From IMG/VR virus record IMGVR_UViG_3300042691_053485, positions 64,001-128,000 of that record: a stretch of DNA of 64,000 bases; one strand, written 5' to 3'. The notes beneath the pieces were generated by a model. It saw nothing but the letters and a program-made list of their open reading frames with translations. It was not told the origin of the DNA and searched no databases. Position 1 is the first letter of the stretch. Every line of letters starts with the position of its first letter. This DNA is from a virus. Positions 18,301 through 28,300 of the stretch are shown here, piece after piece. The position numbers and the translations under genes are program-made.

Positions 18301-19770
18301 CTCAAGCCTTCTTTCCAAGAACGGAAAATCAAACCCTTCACCATTAAAAGTCAAAGTCAAATCGGGGTCTTGCTCTGCAATTATTTTGTATGCTTCAATA
18401 ATAATTGCCTTTTCGCTGTCATAATCATTTGCTTCGAGCAACTTTGTATACCCATCGGTAGTTTTAATACCTATTTGAAAAATCCGACCTGTTTCCGGGC
18501 TAAGTGCAGCTCTATCATAATCCTCTTTTCCAAATTGGGCTGTTGTCTCAATATCAATAACTAAAGTATCAAGCTCCTCATAGTTTTCAATTCCCTTGAA
18601 CAGTCTTCGACCTGTTTGAATCATATATTGTTCAAGAGGTTGAAGACCATAAACTTGTTGGTCAATCGTGTAATAAAAACAGTATCCGGTTGAATCAAGA
18701 TATGCTTTTAAGTCTTTCTTGTCAAGACTATCATCAAATGTGAAGCAGTTTATTATATAGTCCATAAGCTTTTTATCATCAATCTTCAAGTTGAAAATTG
18801 ACCTCAAATCAGCATTTGAACTATTAATAATCTTTAAAAACACATCAGGGGTCTTATCAATAAGGTCATTTATATAGGTCTTATTGATTTTATATGCGAC
18901 AGAAGCTTGTTTTGCCTTAAAAATCTTTATTAAGGCATTGAAGTCGACAGAATCCTTAGTGTAAGGGAAGAAGAAATCCCGGTATTTATATGTTTTTACA
19001 AAAAAGTCAATCGAAGCATCAACATTTTTAGATATAAATTCGATAAATTCTTTGAATCGTCGCTCATCAATATAAGCTGTGCCACGTAATGATACTCCCG
19101 CCTCCTTAAAAAAGGTTGTTAAGTTGTGGTATGAGCCCACAATACGGTCTTCAAAGTAGGGATTATCGCTGAACTTGGGATTATCCCTTTGGGATTTAAT
19201 AGTTATTTTCCACTTAAAGCCGCTATCAATTCGATTAACGCCTGATTGACCAAACAAGGCATAGCCTTGTTCGTCAAATCCTGTTATTTGACTTTCTTTT
19301 TGAATTCCGTAAAGCTTTTGCTTTTCGGATACTAGCTTTTTCCACTCCTCGAAATCTGTAATATCATATCTGACGATAGCAGAGTTTTCATCTGTTGAGA
19401 TGATTTTTACAGTGTCACCTATTTCTCGTATCTTACCATTTGGAAGTCTGACATGGGTTTCTGATACATTGCTAAGAGGTATTTTAACAATGTTATTTCT
19501 GAAGAATATTGATGTCTTCCACTCTTTACTCCACATAAAGGGGTTCAGACCATTTTTATGGGTTATTCTTGGAGAATCCCCTTGGAACTTTTTACAAAAA
19601 ATGATATCAACATCATTATTTTTACGAGAAACTTCAATAGCCCGGATACCTAAAAGCTCCTTTCCGAAAATATCTTTTTCGTAAGCCCCATTGAAAAAGT
19701 CTACAATTACCTTTTCATCGATTTTAGGTTGAACCCAGCTTTCTTTTGGGGTTAGGATGTTGTATTTCAT
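15373..19770 (-). CDS. polB: Family B DNA polymerase
   Basis: ExoI IDIETT, ExoII FNGEGFDFPFL, motif A IDFSSQYP, motif B KILINSFYG, motif C YFHTDG. Confidence 0.93.
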   Translation of the reverse strand: MKYNILTPKESWVQPKIDEKVIVDFFNGAYEKDIFGKELLGIRAIEVSRKNNDVDIIFCKKFQGDSPRITHKNGLNPFMWSKEWKTSIFFRNNIVKIPLSNVSETHVRLPNGKIREIGDTVKIISTDENSAIVRYDITDFEEWKKLVSEKQKLYGIQKESQITGFDEQGYALFGQSGVNRIDSGFKWKITIKSQRDNPKFSDNPYFEDRIVGSYHNLTTFFKEAGVSLRGTAYIDERRFKEFIEFISKNVDASIDFFVKTYKYRDFFFPYTKDSVDFNALIKIFKAKQASVAYKINKTYINDLIDKTPDVFLKIINSSNADLRSIFNLKIDDKKLMDYIINCFTFDDSLDKKDLKAYLDSTGYCFYYTIDQQVYGLQPLEQYMIQTGRRLFKGIENYEELDTLVIDIETTAQFGKEDYDRAALSPETGRIFQIGIKTTDGYTKLLEANDYDSEKAIIIEAYKIIAEQDPDLTLTFNGEGFDFPFLERRLELLGCVAEEKSQDGSKKSTAVQFIREIIAPYFEKYGNVFPVFLYQKRENSVVKIGNGTEQYTQTKMFGRNICDVMYAVKRAAEQDKSLPNSKLKDNIIHAKLAKKNRVYVSGDSIGKIAAETNPYYFSDEDGSYLLMSKKIQKEKLFDAGKIHDGLSGLYYGNLSKLYVKCSNEFNELPLNLCTNVFTINLHLDVNGKSVAISEVSFDAAKKHLDEQFELLYTKCADFDEIVVPIDGMGWYLRSNKRIWDYFVQKRLEFAENVKDVRNIYKNANFDKYAIVTGSYIIQRYLEDDLEEPYLLDKLYSQATFSLSKWLPTSYEKVATTGNATVWKLILSAWSYLNCAAIPDYEKPRKYTGGLLGMVDSGFHQRIVKIDFSSQYPATFLAHCKRPDIDTTNVYKAVLEYALRSRLMYKDMKNAAKKKGDRANEQLYDKKQLPLKILINSFYGMLGAPDVSPFCHIQSAWHITCASRQNMRHMIEYFGKAGFKIVYFHTDGANFVIPDGIETYQYRGTGKSWLTEKDKHYEGVEAFVAEYNDKFMIGYTGVAIDEYAESCINLAKGNFSSLKKDKDGKYSISHVGGALVNKGKNAYIVDFYDNHIIKAFLNKPEELLDAYYTHISKINNGEILARHITNKKRVSKSYDIHNPVGDYQKGVKEGRYAKQAHMELAVKLNLDVQVGDWIHYINDDDTSGGKDRETVKNVIGHFILNDKDHFDTKVKEFKSKIETSREEFKKEVIKGYEAGYFNFNNKMVHTETTDGTKRVKTSKEDEIDEIDTADKIEFSFRTIKATKKEAERYAIDVVLKSDKLYCSYVPVEKLDSKIKYNPKKYLDLFNKSISNLWIIFHPDVRDKIPSPNKKYKRSANERAYFLDEEIQLVHGYPLDKKEDKQQDINELMIITEDEYEFWELANMSPNSPFDYQDVNIEEMYIFNPKENSYRKGNEPSEGERSIIGKQVLREIGGMVILDPENPPYRFG

Positions 19771-19828
19771 TATTTTTTTTTTAATAGTTATAACACCTAA
19801 AACTTCAAAAGAAAGCTAAAAGTTCAAA

Positions 19829-21025
19829 TTATATCACAAAAATTCCATTTGGATTTTTTCCTAGAATTCTATTGAGGTTATCCGACTCATTTGCTTTACG
19901 TTCAAGAACTTTATCACTAGACATTTTATCAAGCCATTCCTTTAATTCTGTACGTAGTGCATCTTTCTCTTCCTTTCCTTCTGCAAGGAATGACTCATAA
20001 TCCAACTGACCTTCCGCATCCGGAACAGGTATTTTACCTGAGAATTTTCCCCTTGCTCGACCAATTGCCTCTTTTGCGAGGGCTGTTAGAAACTTCCTAA
20101 CCCAAATTTTTGAAGGGTTATTCAAATCGCAGAAGTCAGTCATCGTCATAGGTACATCAGAAGGATACTTGATAATATCTGCACACTCTTCAAGGCACTT
20201 ATTTTTTGCTTCAGCATCCATATCGATAGTGTCATAATAGTGATACCAGACTTTTAAACCGTACAGCTCCTTACGAATCCCGATTTTATTTCCTGCATTT
20301 GGTGTTGAATACAAATGCACAAGTCGAGTTCCATTTGGTCCGGCTGTGACCTTATAGGTTAGGTCAGACTTCAAAATTCTATTTTTAAGACCGTAGTCTG
20401 CCGCCCTTAAAACAATATCATAGGCAGGTGCGATGTAGTAAGCCCCGTTCATTATATTGTAACCTGAGCCACCCCATCCGATTCCACCTGAAATACCAAC
20501 ACCACCAATCATTGTACCGTAACCAAGGGACGAGAATGTCGCATGGGTAATATCCGATGGGGTTAGCCACATCACAGCGTTTATCTCTCTTCCTGCCGGA
20601 ACTTCATAGACCATTTTTCCTTCTTCAATTACGAAATAGTCTTTTTTTAGCTCGTATGGTCCGTTAGTTTGATGCCCAACTTGCTTCGAGTATGCTTGAG
20701 CAAATTGTCGTTCGTAATCAAATGAACGCTGTGTTAGGGCAAAACAAATGTCATTTTCTGTTAGACTTTTTCCGTTTAACGAAGACCATTGATTTTCAAT
20801 AAGCCACATTTGAATAGCACTGACATATTCTTCAACTGCAAACTTCATGAGTGAACACCAAGCTTGAGGTGTGATTTCAATTTTAACAATTCCACCACTC
20901 AATAAATTTGAAATATCTGTTATTAAGCAGGCTTTTTCAGGATTTTGTATGCAATCTGCTGCATTATAATTTTGATGGAATTCAGATGGTGTTTTCTTAT
21001 GATTTGCATTTGCAAAATTATCCAT
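19829..21025 (-). CDS. Neck/head-tail adaptor-like protein
   Basis: ALAKEAIGRARGKFSG..P..DAEGQLDYE..LAEGKEEK C-terminus typical of gp13-like proteins; TATTTATG upstream. Confidence 0.6.
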   Translation of the reverse strand: MDNFANANHKKTPSEFHQNYNAADCIQNPEKACLITDISNLLSGGIVKIEITPQAWCSLMKFAVEEYVSAIQMWLIENQWSSLNGKSLTENDICFALTQRSFDYERQFAQAYSKQVGHQTNGPYELKKDYFVIEEGKMVYEVPAGREINAVMWLTPSDITHATFSSLGYGTMIGGVGISGGIGWGGSGYNIMNGAYYIAPAYDIVLRAADYGLKNRILKSDLTYKVTAGPNGTRLVHLYSTPNAGNKIGIRKELYGLKVWYHYYDTIDMDAEAKNKCLEECADIIKYPSDVPMTMTDFCDLNNPSKIWVRKFLTALAKEAIGRARGKFSGKIPVPDAEGQLDYESFLAEGKEEKDALRTELKEWLDKMSSDKVLERKANESDNLNRILGKNPNGIFVI

Positions 21026-21046
21026 AGTCGTTTTTGCATAAATATC

Positions 21047-21445
21047 TTATTCATCTGATATTGAGCCACCATTTTCATATTCATCGGAATCTTCGGAATC
21101 TTCTTTTGAGATGGAATCTTTTGGTGGCATTATTTTCCAAAATGCGTATGGAAAAAGGTGTATTTCATCCCGACTTTCAGATTTAACCAAAAACCATTCA
21201 ACATTCTTATGATTTGGGGTTACGATTTTTCCTAAAGACTGGTAAAAGGCATCTTTATCAGGAAGGATGGCATCCGGAATGGATTCATAGGTTTTAAACA
21301 TAAATTGTATTGTGCCGATAATTCCAAAATGTATATCAACTACTCGTTTACCTAAAGTGTAACTATGGTAATATTCAAGCTCTTCGATATACTCCACAAG
21401 CTCTTGGGCAAGGTCATAAACTTTGTTATTGATTATTTTCTTCAT
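21047..21445 (-). CDS. Hypothetical protein
   Basis: Start reassigned to ATG 21445 (MKKIINNKVY), overlapping the helicase stop. Confidence 0.65.
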   Translation of the reverse strand: MKKIINNKVYDLAQELVEYIEELEYYHSYTLGKRVVDIHFGIIGTIQFMFKTYESIPDAILPDKDAFYQSLGKIVTPNHKNVEWFLVKSESRDEIHLFPYAFWKIMPPKDSISKEDSEDSDEYENGGSISDE

Positions 21446-23231
21446 GATTGTATATTTGTTCTCCGTAAAAAATGTTTCTGTTCTTCTGTTTTTCCCATGC
21501 ACATTGGTATACATCAATTTCGATACTATCATCAAACATTACATAGAATACTTCAACATCTCCAACTCTACCAAGCCTCCAAGTCCTCCCCTCAGCTTGC
21601 TCGTGTTCATCTGAAGACCATGAAGGGCTATTGAAATATACACAATCTGCCTTTGTGATGTTTAACCCTGTTCCAATCGATTTTATATTCCCGACAAGAA
21701 TTTTCTTTTTAGGGTCTGTCATAAAATCATCGATACATTTTTGTCTTCGTGTTCCATCCATTCCGGAATCAACACATACAGCATGTTTACCAAATTTCTT
21801 TTTAAATATTTCATACTCTTCAACAAAATTTGTAAATACAAGACAGTTATAGCCGTCTTCGACATTTGACATTACCGACCTAACAGTATGTTCAGCTTTT
21901 TGTATTGCATAGAACTGTCGAAGCAAAATTGTTTCTGTTAAATCTTTAACTTCCTCTAATTTTTTATTGCCTTTTTTTGCCACATAATCATCAAATAAGA
22001 CTGAGGCTTTCTTTTTTTGTGCCAGAGTAAGCTCAAAGAAAAGTTGATTGACAATTTTTTGGGGGAAGTTAGAAGTTGTTGTTTCCGTCCTTCTTCTCCT
22101 TTGAATGTGTTTCAATCGCTGTGCCAATTCGTAACTATTTGTATTTCCGGTTGTCATTAATATTGATTTTCCGGTTTTCAATGTCCGCCTAACTGCTCCG
22201 CAATATCTCCGCATATAATCATCATATTTACTATACCATTCATTATAATGGTATCCATACGCTGTAAAAATAATATCACTTACATTTATATTGAGGTTAA
22301 AACAAAGATTATACATATCTTCATTTTTTTCAATAGCTGTTGCTGTCATTGCCCATACATATTTAACACTAATATGTGACGTTAAATCTTTAAGAATTTT
22401 ACTCTTTTTGGCATCCCTCTTTCTAAATTTTTGGGCTTCATCGATAATAACGCAGTCATAATTTTCTGCTATAAGGGGTCTAAATAGGGTCGACTTATCT
22501 TTACCCTTCTTGCCTTCCTCGTGATATGCGTGTAAAACGTCACACCCTATAATCGTATATTTATGTGAATCTTCTATCCATCCCTTTTCACCCCAAATTA
22601 TTTTTGAATCTTCACCCCAAAGCTTTAATTCTTTTTTCCAGTCCAACTGCTTTCCTGCAATACAAATAATTAACACTTTTTTACATTCACCGGCAATTGT
22701 TGCTGCAATTGATGTGTGGGTTTTACCTGCACCGACAGTATCCATCAAGTAACAACGTTGGTGGAAAAGTAAAAATTGTACGGCTGATTCTTGGTGTTTT
22801 AATAGATTACTTGTGGTAAATTTACTATTTAGTTCCTCGAAGTTTATTTCTAGACGAATATAGTTCTGTTCGTATAAGTCCCCAACTTCGTCTTTATAAA
22901 GCCAGAAGTCCATATTTCGGCTTCCTGTATAGTAAGAAACATGGTAGAACTCATCAGTTTCACCAAGAATTTGGTTTATTTTTACTTCAGAAACTTCCCT
23001 ATCTAAAGAAAAGTCGGATTTCAATTTCTTGGCTGTTTTTTCGCCAACCTTTACCACCAAAGTTTCAACATCGTAGGGGCTGAATTTCAAATTCTTTAGA
23101 AGATATTCATTTTCAAAGGGGGTTAATTCTTTCAAAAGACCTCTTCGATATTTGTTTTCTAAATTCAAAATGAAGGGATTATTACCTCCATAGGTTTGGA
23201 GTTGATTTATCTTAAATGCTGGATATTCCAT
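21426..23231 (-). CDS. SNF2-family helicase
   Basis: LMDTVGAGKT, IIDEAQ, MTAT, GTGLNITKAD, EQAEGRTWRLG. Confidence 0.9.
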   Translation of the reverse strand: MEYPAFKINQLQTYGGNNPFILNLENKYRRGLLKELTPFENEYLLKNLKFSPYDVETLVVKVGEKTAKKLKSDFSLDREVSEVKINQILGETDEFYHVSYYTGSRNMDFWLYKDEVGDLYEQNYIRLEINFEELNSKFTTSNLLKHQESAVQFLLFHQRCYLMDTVGAGKTHTSIAATIAGECKKVLIICIAGKQLDWKKELKLWGEDSKIIWGEKGWIEDSHKYTIIGCDVLHAYHEEGKKGKDKSTLFRPLIAENYDCVIIDEAQKFRKRDAKKSKILKDLTSHISVKYVWAMTATAIEKNEDMYNLCFNLNINVSDIIFTAYGYHYNEWYSKYDDYMRRYCGAVRRTLKTGKSILMTTGNTNSYELAQRLKHIQRRRRTETTTSNFPQKIVNQLFFELTLAQKKKASVLFDDYVAKKGNKKLEEVKDLTETILLRQFYAIQKAEHTVRSVMSNVEDGYNCLVFTNFVEEYEIFKKKFGKHAVCVDSGMDGTRRQKCIDDFMTDPKKKILVGNIKSIGTGLNITKADCVYFNSPSWSSDEHEQAEGRTWRLGRVGDVEVFYVMFDDSIEIDVYQCAWEKQKNRNIFYGEQIYNHEENNQ

Positions 23232-23240
23232 TATTTTTTA

Positions 23241-23248
23241 TATTTATA
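23241..23248 (+). promoter_or_regulatory. TATTTATA putative late promoter
   Basis: Exact motif upstream of 23283. Confidence 0.55.
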
Positions 23249-23282
23249 AAATATAACATAAAAGCAGTTCAAAAAATTCCTT

Positions 23283-23798
23283 ATGAACATCGGTCCTTTA
23301 AATCATGTCAATAAATTTTTCTCTCAGGAGGAGTATGATTACTATGTTAGCGCATCTCGAGAACATCTCACTTCTGTTGACACAAAAATAATTTTTTATA
23401 AGGTTGATAAGGAGAAGTCTGTTATTGATGACTTATATGGAGAGGCTTATGAGGAAGAAGTTAAAACTATGAGTCCAGTTGAAATTCCTGCACTTATCAA
23501 GTTCGAAGAACCAAAAAATAAGGCTTATATCGAGGATAAGGGGATGTTGAGATATGAAGAATATGGAAATTTGGTTGTTCACTTACTTTTAGCGGATTTA
23601 GATGCTTTAAAGGTAGAAATAACGTATGGGGATTATGTTGGGTACAGAGTATCTGAAACTAAAGTCATTTATTTTCAGGTAGCAAATGATGCTCAAAAAC
23701 ATTATGAAAACAGTAAAACATTTATGGGTTACAGGGCGTTTTGGAAAACAATTGTTTGTACCCCAACAACAAGAGGTGAAGAATTTTTTAGAGAATGA
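23283..23798 (+). CDS. Head completion/neck protein (gp14-like)
   Basis: VDKEKSVIDDLYGEA...GDYVGY; lies upstream of the terminator and sheath genes. Confidence 0.55.
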   Translation: MNIGPLNHVNKFFSQEEYDYYVSASREHLTSVDTKIIFYKVDKEKSVIDDLYGEAYEEEVKTMSPVEIPALIKFEEPKNKAYIEDKGMLRYEEYGNLVVHLLLADLDALKVEITYGDYVGYRVSETKVIYFQVANDAQKHYENSKTFMGYRAFWKTIVCTPTTRGEEFFRE

Positions 23799-24805
23799 AA
23801 AATAGCATAAATGATAATCCGAAATTAGCAGGAAAGGAATCCCAGTTAAAATTTTACACAGATGCCGTTATCAATGACACATTTTTCCCAAGAGGTGTCC
23901 ATATCGTTGATATTGACCGCTCTGTTAGGGATGAAATCCTAGAGAAATTTCAAATAGTTTCACAAGGTAATAAAATACCATTTTTGGATATTTTTTCCAT
24001 TGAGCGATACTCTGAGTTTATAAAAACTTGGAAAAGTGTTGATTCAGAACGGGTAATTAAGATGCCATTTATGGTACTTGTAAAAGAACCTACTCAAAAG
24101 GGTACAAATATGGGTGGGACATATAATATTCCCGCTTTGCCGACATTCCCGCTTTGGAAAAGAAATGTCGTCCGAAACGGTAGGGCAACTGTTGACTATT
24201 ATCAAATCCCACAACCTGTCAATATCGATGTGCCTTATACTTTACATATTTTTACAACTCATCTTCGCGAGCTCAATATGGTGGATGAAATGATGCTCCA
24301 CAAGTTCAGAGAGAGTCAATACTATATCGTTGTGAATGGACATCACATGCCGCTGAAGTTTGAAGGGATGGATGACCAATCAGAAATAGGCGATATTGAG
24401 TCAAGAAGATATTATCACAAAGCCTATTCACTGAATCTAAGAGGGTACTTACTAAATGAAGAGGAATTTAAAAAGCTACCATCAATAGATTCAATAAAAA
24501 TAAAGGTGGAAAACTCAGTTGTTAAAAATAGCTCACTTTGTGAAGTGAAAAATGTTGATTTGGATTGTGACTTATGCTTACACTTCAAGTTTAATCGTAA
24601 GTCACCATCAACGCAAACTGTAAGAGTGCCTGCTGATTTAGAATTTTATTATGATAATCAGGGAGTCGGTGATTATTCATATTTTTTGAATAATAATCTT
24701 GTTAATTTGCCTTTTGTTGCAGAAAAAGGAGATGAATTAACTGTTGCTCATAATATGGGTAATGCAAAAGTTATCAACATTAATGTTTGCGGTCGTAAGC
24801 TATGA
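23795..24805 (+). CDS. Tail terminator/sheath stabiliser (gp15-like)
   Basis: IPQPVNIDVPYTL...RRYYHKAYSLNLRGYL; position upstream of the sheath. Confidence 0.55.
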   Translation: MKNSINDNPKLAGKESQLKFYTDAVINDTFFPRGVHIVDIDRSVRDEILEKFQIVSQGNKIPFLDIFSIERYSEFIKTWKSVDSERVIKMPFMVLVKEPTQKGTNMGGTYNIPALPTFPLWKRNVVRNGRATVDYYQIPQPVNIDVPYTLHIFTTHLRELNMVDEMMLHKFRESQYYIVVNGHHMPLKFEGMDDQSEIGDIESRRYYHKAYSLNLRGYLLNEEEFKKLPSIDSIKIKVENSVVKNSSLCEVKNVDLDCDLCLHFKFNRKSPSTQTVRVPADLEFYYDNQGVGDYSYFLNNNLVNLPFVAEKGDELTVAHNMGNAKVININVCGRKL

Positions 24806-24950
24806 TAGAATTTCCTTTTGAAGTTTTAGCTTCAATAGAATTATATCTCGGTTTTCTTGATAAAATCAGAATTTTTTAAAACATATACTATTGAAAATCA
24901 ATTGTTTTCATTTGAATTTCCTGATTTTCTTTTGATATTTAAAAGAAAAC

Positions 24951-25319
24951 ATGAAAAATTTATTCTTACTAATCTTCTTTCTATTACCTTTATTCACTTC
25001 AGCTCAAATAAGTTTTTCTGATAAAGGTGACAAGCAAATACCGGTTAGAGTTATTATTCAGCAAGATAATAGTAATTTATTCGTCTCTTTTTTGGAAGTA
25101 CAAGACCTCGAAGTTAGTAAATATGAAGTACAATACAGTAATGAGGGTGATGTTTTTTTCACTCTCTCAAAAATAACCCCTGTTAGTGGAAAGTTTCGAC
25201 ACAATCTTTGTTTTGGTGGGGTTGAGAAATCTGCTTATGTGAGAATAAAAATTGTCTTGAAAGATGGTGAAGTCTTATTTTCAAGAGTTATAGTTTCAAA
25301 TAGTGTTATCAATGGTTAA
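24951..25319 (+). CDS. Secreted Ig-like protein resembling the Bacteroidota pre-CTD domain
   Basis: Signal peptide MKNLFLLIFFLLPLFTSAQ; IPVR...YEVQYSNEG..F...YVRIKIV.KDGEVLFSRVI. Confidence 0.6.
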   Translation: MKNLFLLIFFLLPLFTSAQISFSDKGDKQIPVRVIIQQDNSNLFVSFLEVQDLEVSKYEVQYSNEGDVFFTLSKITPVSGKFRHNLCFGGVEKSAYVRIKIVLKDGEVLFSRVIVSNSVING

Positions 25320-25346
25320 ATTAAATATGTTTTCGACTTTGCTTTA

Positions 25347-25354
25347 TATTTATA
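25347..25354 (+). promoter_or_regulatory. TATTTATA putative late promoter (sheath)
   Basis: Exact motif 11 nt upstream of the ATG. Confidence 0.65.
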
Positions 25355-25364
25355 AATAAAAAAA

Positions 25365-28300
25365 ATGGCTGTTAATAAACCTAACCTTGCTCCCGCAATT
25401 AAGTTCACCGAAACTGACAATACTTTTACCACAAGGAATTTTGGGGTAACTTCATTGGGTATTGCAGGTGAATTCCCTAAAGGTCGTGCATTTACACCAA
25501 TCGCAATAGATACAACAACCTTACTGAAACAGGTTTTCGGTGATTCAAATCCTTGTAAGTTTGAGGGAACTCAACAACCAATTTATGAAGGGGTTTACAT
25601 CGCAAAACAATTTTTGAAAGAATCTGACCAATTGTTTGTATCAAGAATCTTAGGCTTAACCGGATATGATGCCGGAGATGCTTGGGGTATTAGCTTTGGT
25701 GCGGCATTAGACCCAGCAACAGTTGCCACTACTGCAACTCAAACTTTTTCTGCATCAATTACTTATGTTAATGGTCAGGCAGGAAGTGTTACCTTTAGTA
25801 ACACGATTTTGCAAGATTTATATGATGCGGGTGAAATCACAGATGCAATGTTGGGTGGAGTTTCCCTTACCACGGGGGAGACAGTCGCTGTTGGAAATAA
25901 ATTCATTGGAAATTGTGAGTACTTCGTTGGAGCTAGATTCACAATGGATGTCACTGCAAGAACAGAGCAATTCATTTGTATCACAGGTGAAACATCAATA
26001 ACTGATACTTACGAAGTTATAACAGAAACCCAAGACTGCATAGTTATTTACTCTGGCGGTACTGTCACTTATGATAGCACATTTGTTATCACAATTACTA
26101 ATCCGATTGTGCTACAAAATGAGGGGAATAATGAACTCACAATTATACCAAGTGGTGTTTTAACTATAATTGGTGGAACAATCACCCATACCACTGATGG
26201 GTTGACTGTAGTTAACGGTACAATTTATCTGCCAAATGGAGATATTATCACTGGTGGTGAATATAAAATCTGTGATTTAGAAGGAAATACTGCTGTTTAC
26301 GATTGCGATACTATTGATGGTATAAATTTTACAATTACAACCGGAACAACACTTATCCCAACAACTGTAACATCTGGTGTTACTCAGCAAGTTGTATCGC
26401 AAATCCCTAGTGGACTTGTCCAGCTTGATTTTACAGGTACTGTAATTGAATTGTCAGGTGTACCTTATGCACAATATGACAATATGGTTGTAGCACTTCT
26501 CCGCTCTTATGCACAATACAACGGAGATGAAATCTTAAACTTCAACGTTTTTGGTAATCAAATTCAAATCGAGTCTATTGATGGTGGTGTTATTAAGCCA
26601 TTAGATGATTTCATTATTAAAGGTACAGATTCTTCTAATAATTCATTTGAATACAATGTTTCTTTGGATAAATCCAAATCTAACTTCATTGGACGAGTAT
26701 TCGGTAATTTTATACCTTGCTGCAAATCTAATTTGCCACTGTATTTAGAAGAGTTATGGACAAGTATGTTTGATTACCTCTACAGCAATGAGCTTATCTA
26801 TTGTATCAAACCTTCGGTATGCTACATTAATACATTGAAAGATTATAAAGAGCCATATCAAGGCGCAATGACTCCTTGGCTTGTCTCAGAATTGAGGGGT
26901 AACCGTGTTTTCCGCCTATTTAGATTCCATACATTTTCAGATGGAAATGCTGCTAACCAAGATGTAAAAATATCAATCACGAATATTAGACCTGATGCAA
27001 AAACATTTGATGTTCAAGTGCGTGCATTTAATGACACTGATAAAAAGCCTGTGATTTTAGAATCATTCGCAAGAGTGACACTTCGTGAGCAAGATAATAA
27101 CTTCATTGGAAGACGTATCGGTACTGTTGATGGAAACCATGTTTTGCAAAGTAAATATATTATGGTCGAATTGGCAGCAGAATGCTTAGATGAGTCATTC
27201 CCTGCGGGATTTGAAGGCTATCCAGTTAGAGATTATGATTGTATGTTGCCTCCAACGATTGTTTACAAAACTCAATATAACATCACTGATAGAGTTCGAC
27301 AAGTTTACCTCGGTCTAAATGATACTCTCGGCTATGACATTGATATGTTTGAGTATAAAGGTAAGCCTAATGACCCTGATTTGAATTTTTGGACTGGCAC
27401 AACAAAGGGATTCCACTTGGATTCTAGTGCAGCATCTGTACAGATTGATGGTGTAGGTACTGTAGAGTTTGAAACAGGTCCGGCTGCATTCAAAAATGAG
27501 AATGATTTAGTAGGGACTCAATATGAGCAAATTATTGCGAGAAAATTCACATTGATGCCATTTGGTGGGTTTGATGGATGGGATATTCATAGAAAAACAA
27601 GAACGAATACTGACTTATATGCAATAAGTGGGACTTTGGGGCAAAAAGGTTTAACGTCCGGGGCTTTTGATGTTTATTCTTCTGAAAATATCAATAACGG
27701 TCAAGCGGTTATTAACTCTGACTTTTATGCCTACCTCGAAGGTATCAAAAGCTTATCAAATCGATTAGAGTTCCGCATTAATTTGCTTGCAGTACCAAAC
27801 GTTAACACTGCTGAAAACTCAAATTTGGTTGAAGAAACAATTGAAATGTGTGAACAAGAAAGATGTGATACATTCTATGTTCCAACGACCTTGGACACAG
27901 ATGTTGCAGGTCAAGTTTTAAGAGTTCAAGATGTGGTAGGTGCAATCGATGGTTTGTTTGACTCATCTTATGCGGGTACATATTTCCCTTGGGGTCAATT
28001 CTTGGATGAAGTAAACAACGTTTATGTGTGGTTGCCACCGACAGCTGAGGTAATGCGTACATTTGCCCTGACTGATAAGGTTAGAAGACCTTGGTTTGCA
28101 GGTGCAGGTTTTGAAAGAGGTGTGACGGAGTTTAAACAGGCTCGTAAAAAGCTCACTCAAAATGAGATGGATACTCTTTATGAGGGTCGTGTCAACCCAA
28201 TCTCAACATTTAAGCAAGCTGATGGAACAAGTCCTGTTGTAATTTTTGGTAACAAAACCCTTCAAATTGCGGATAGTGCGCTAAATCGTATAAACGTTCG

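Noticed and set aside
21446-21535. N-terminal extension of ORF 21047-21535
   Set aside because: Overlaps the helicase C-terminus; ATG 21445 is the better start.
23523-23533. 11-nt match (GCTTATATCGA) to the predicted TnpB guide
   Set aside because: Short, lacks the TAM-proximal bases, and is expected by chance.
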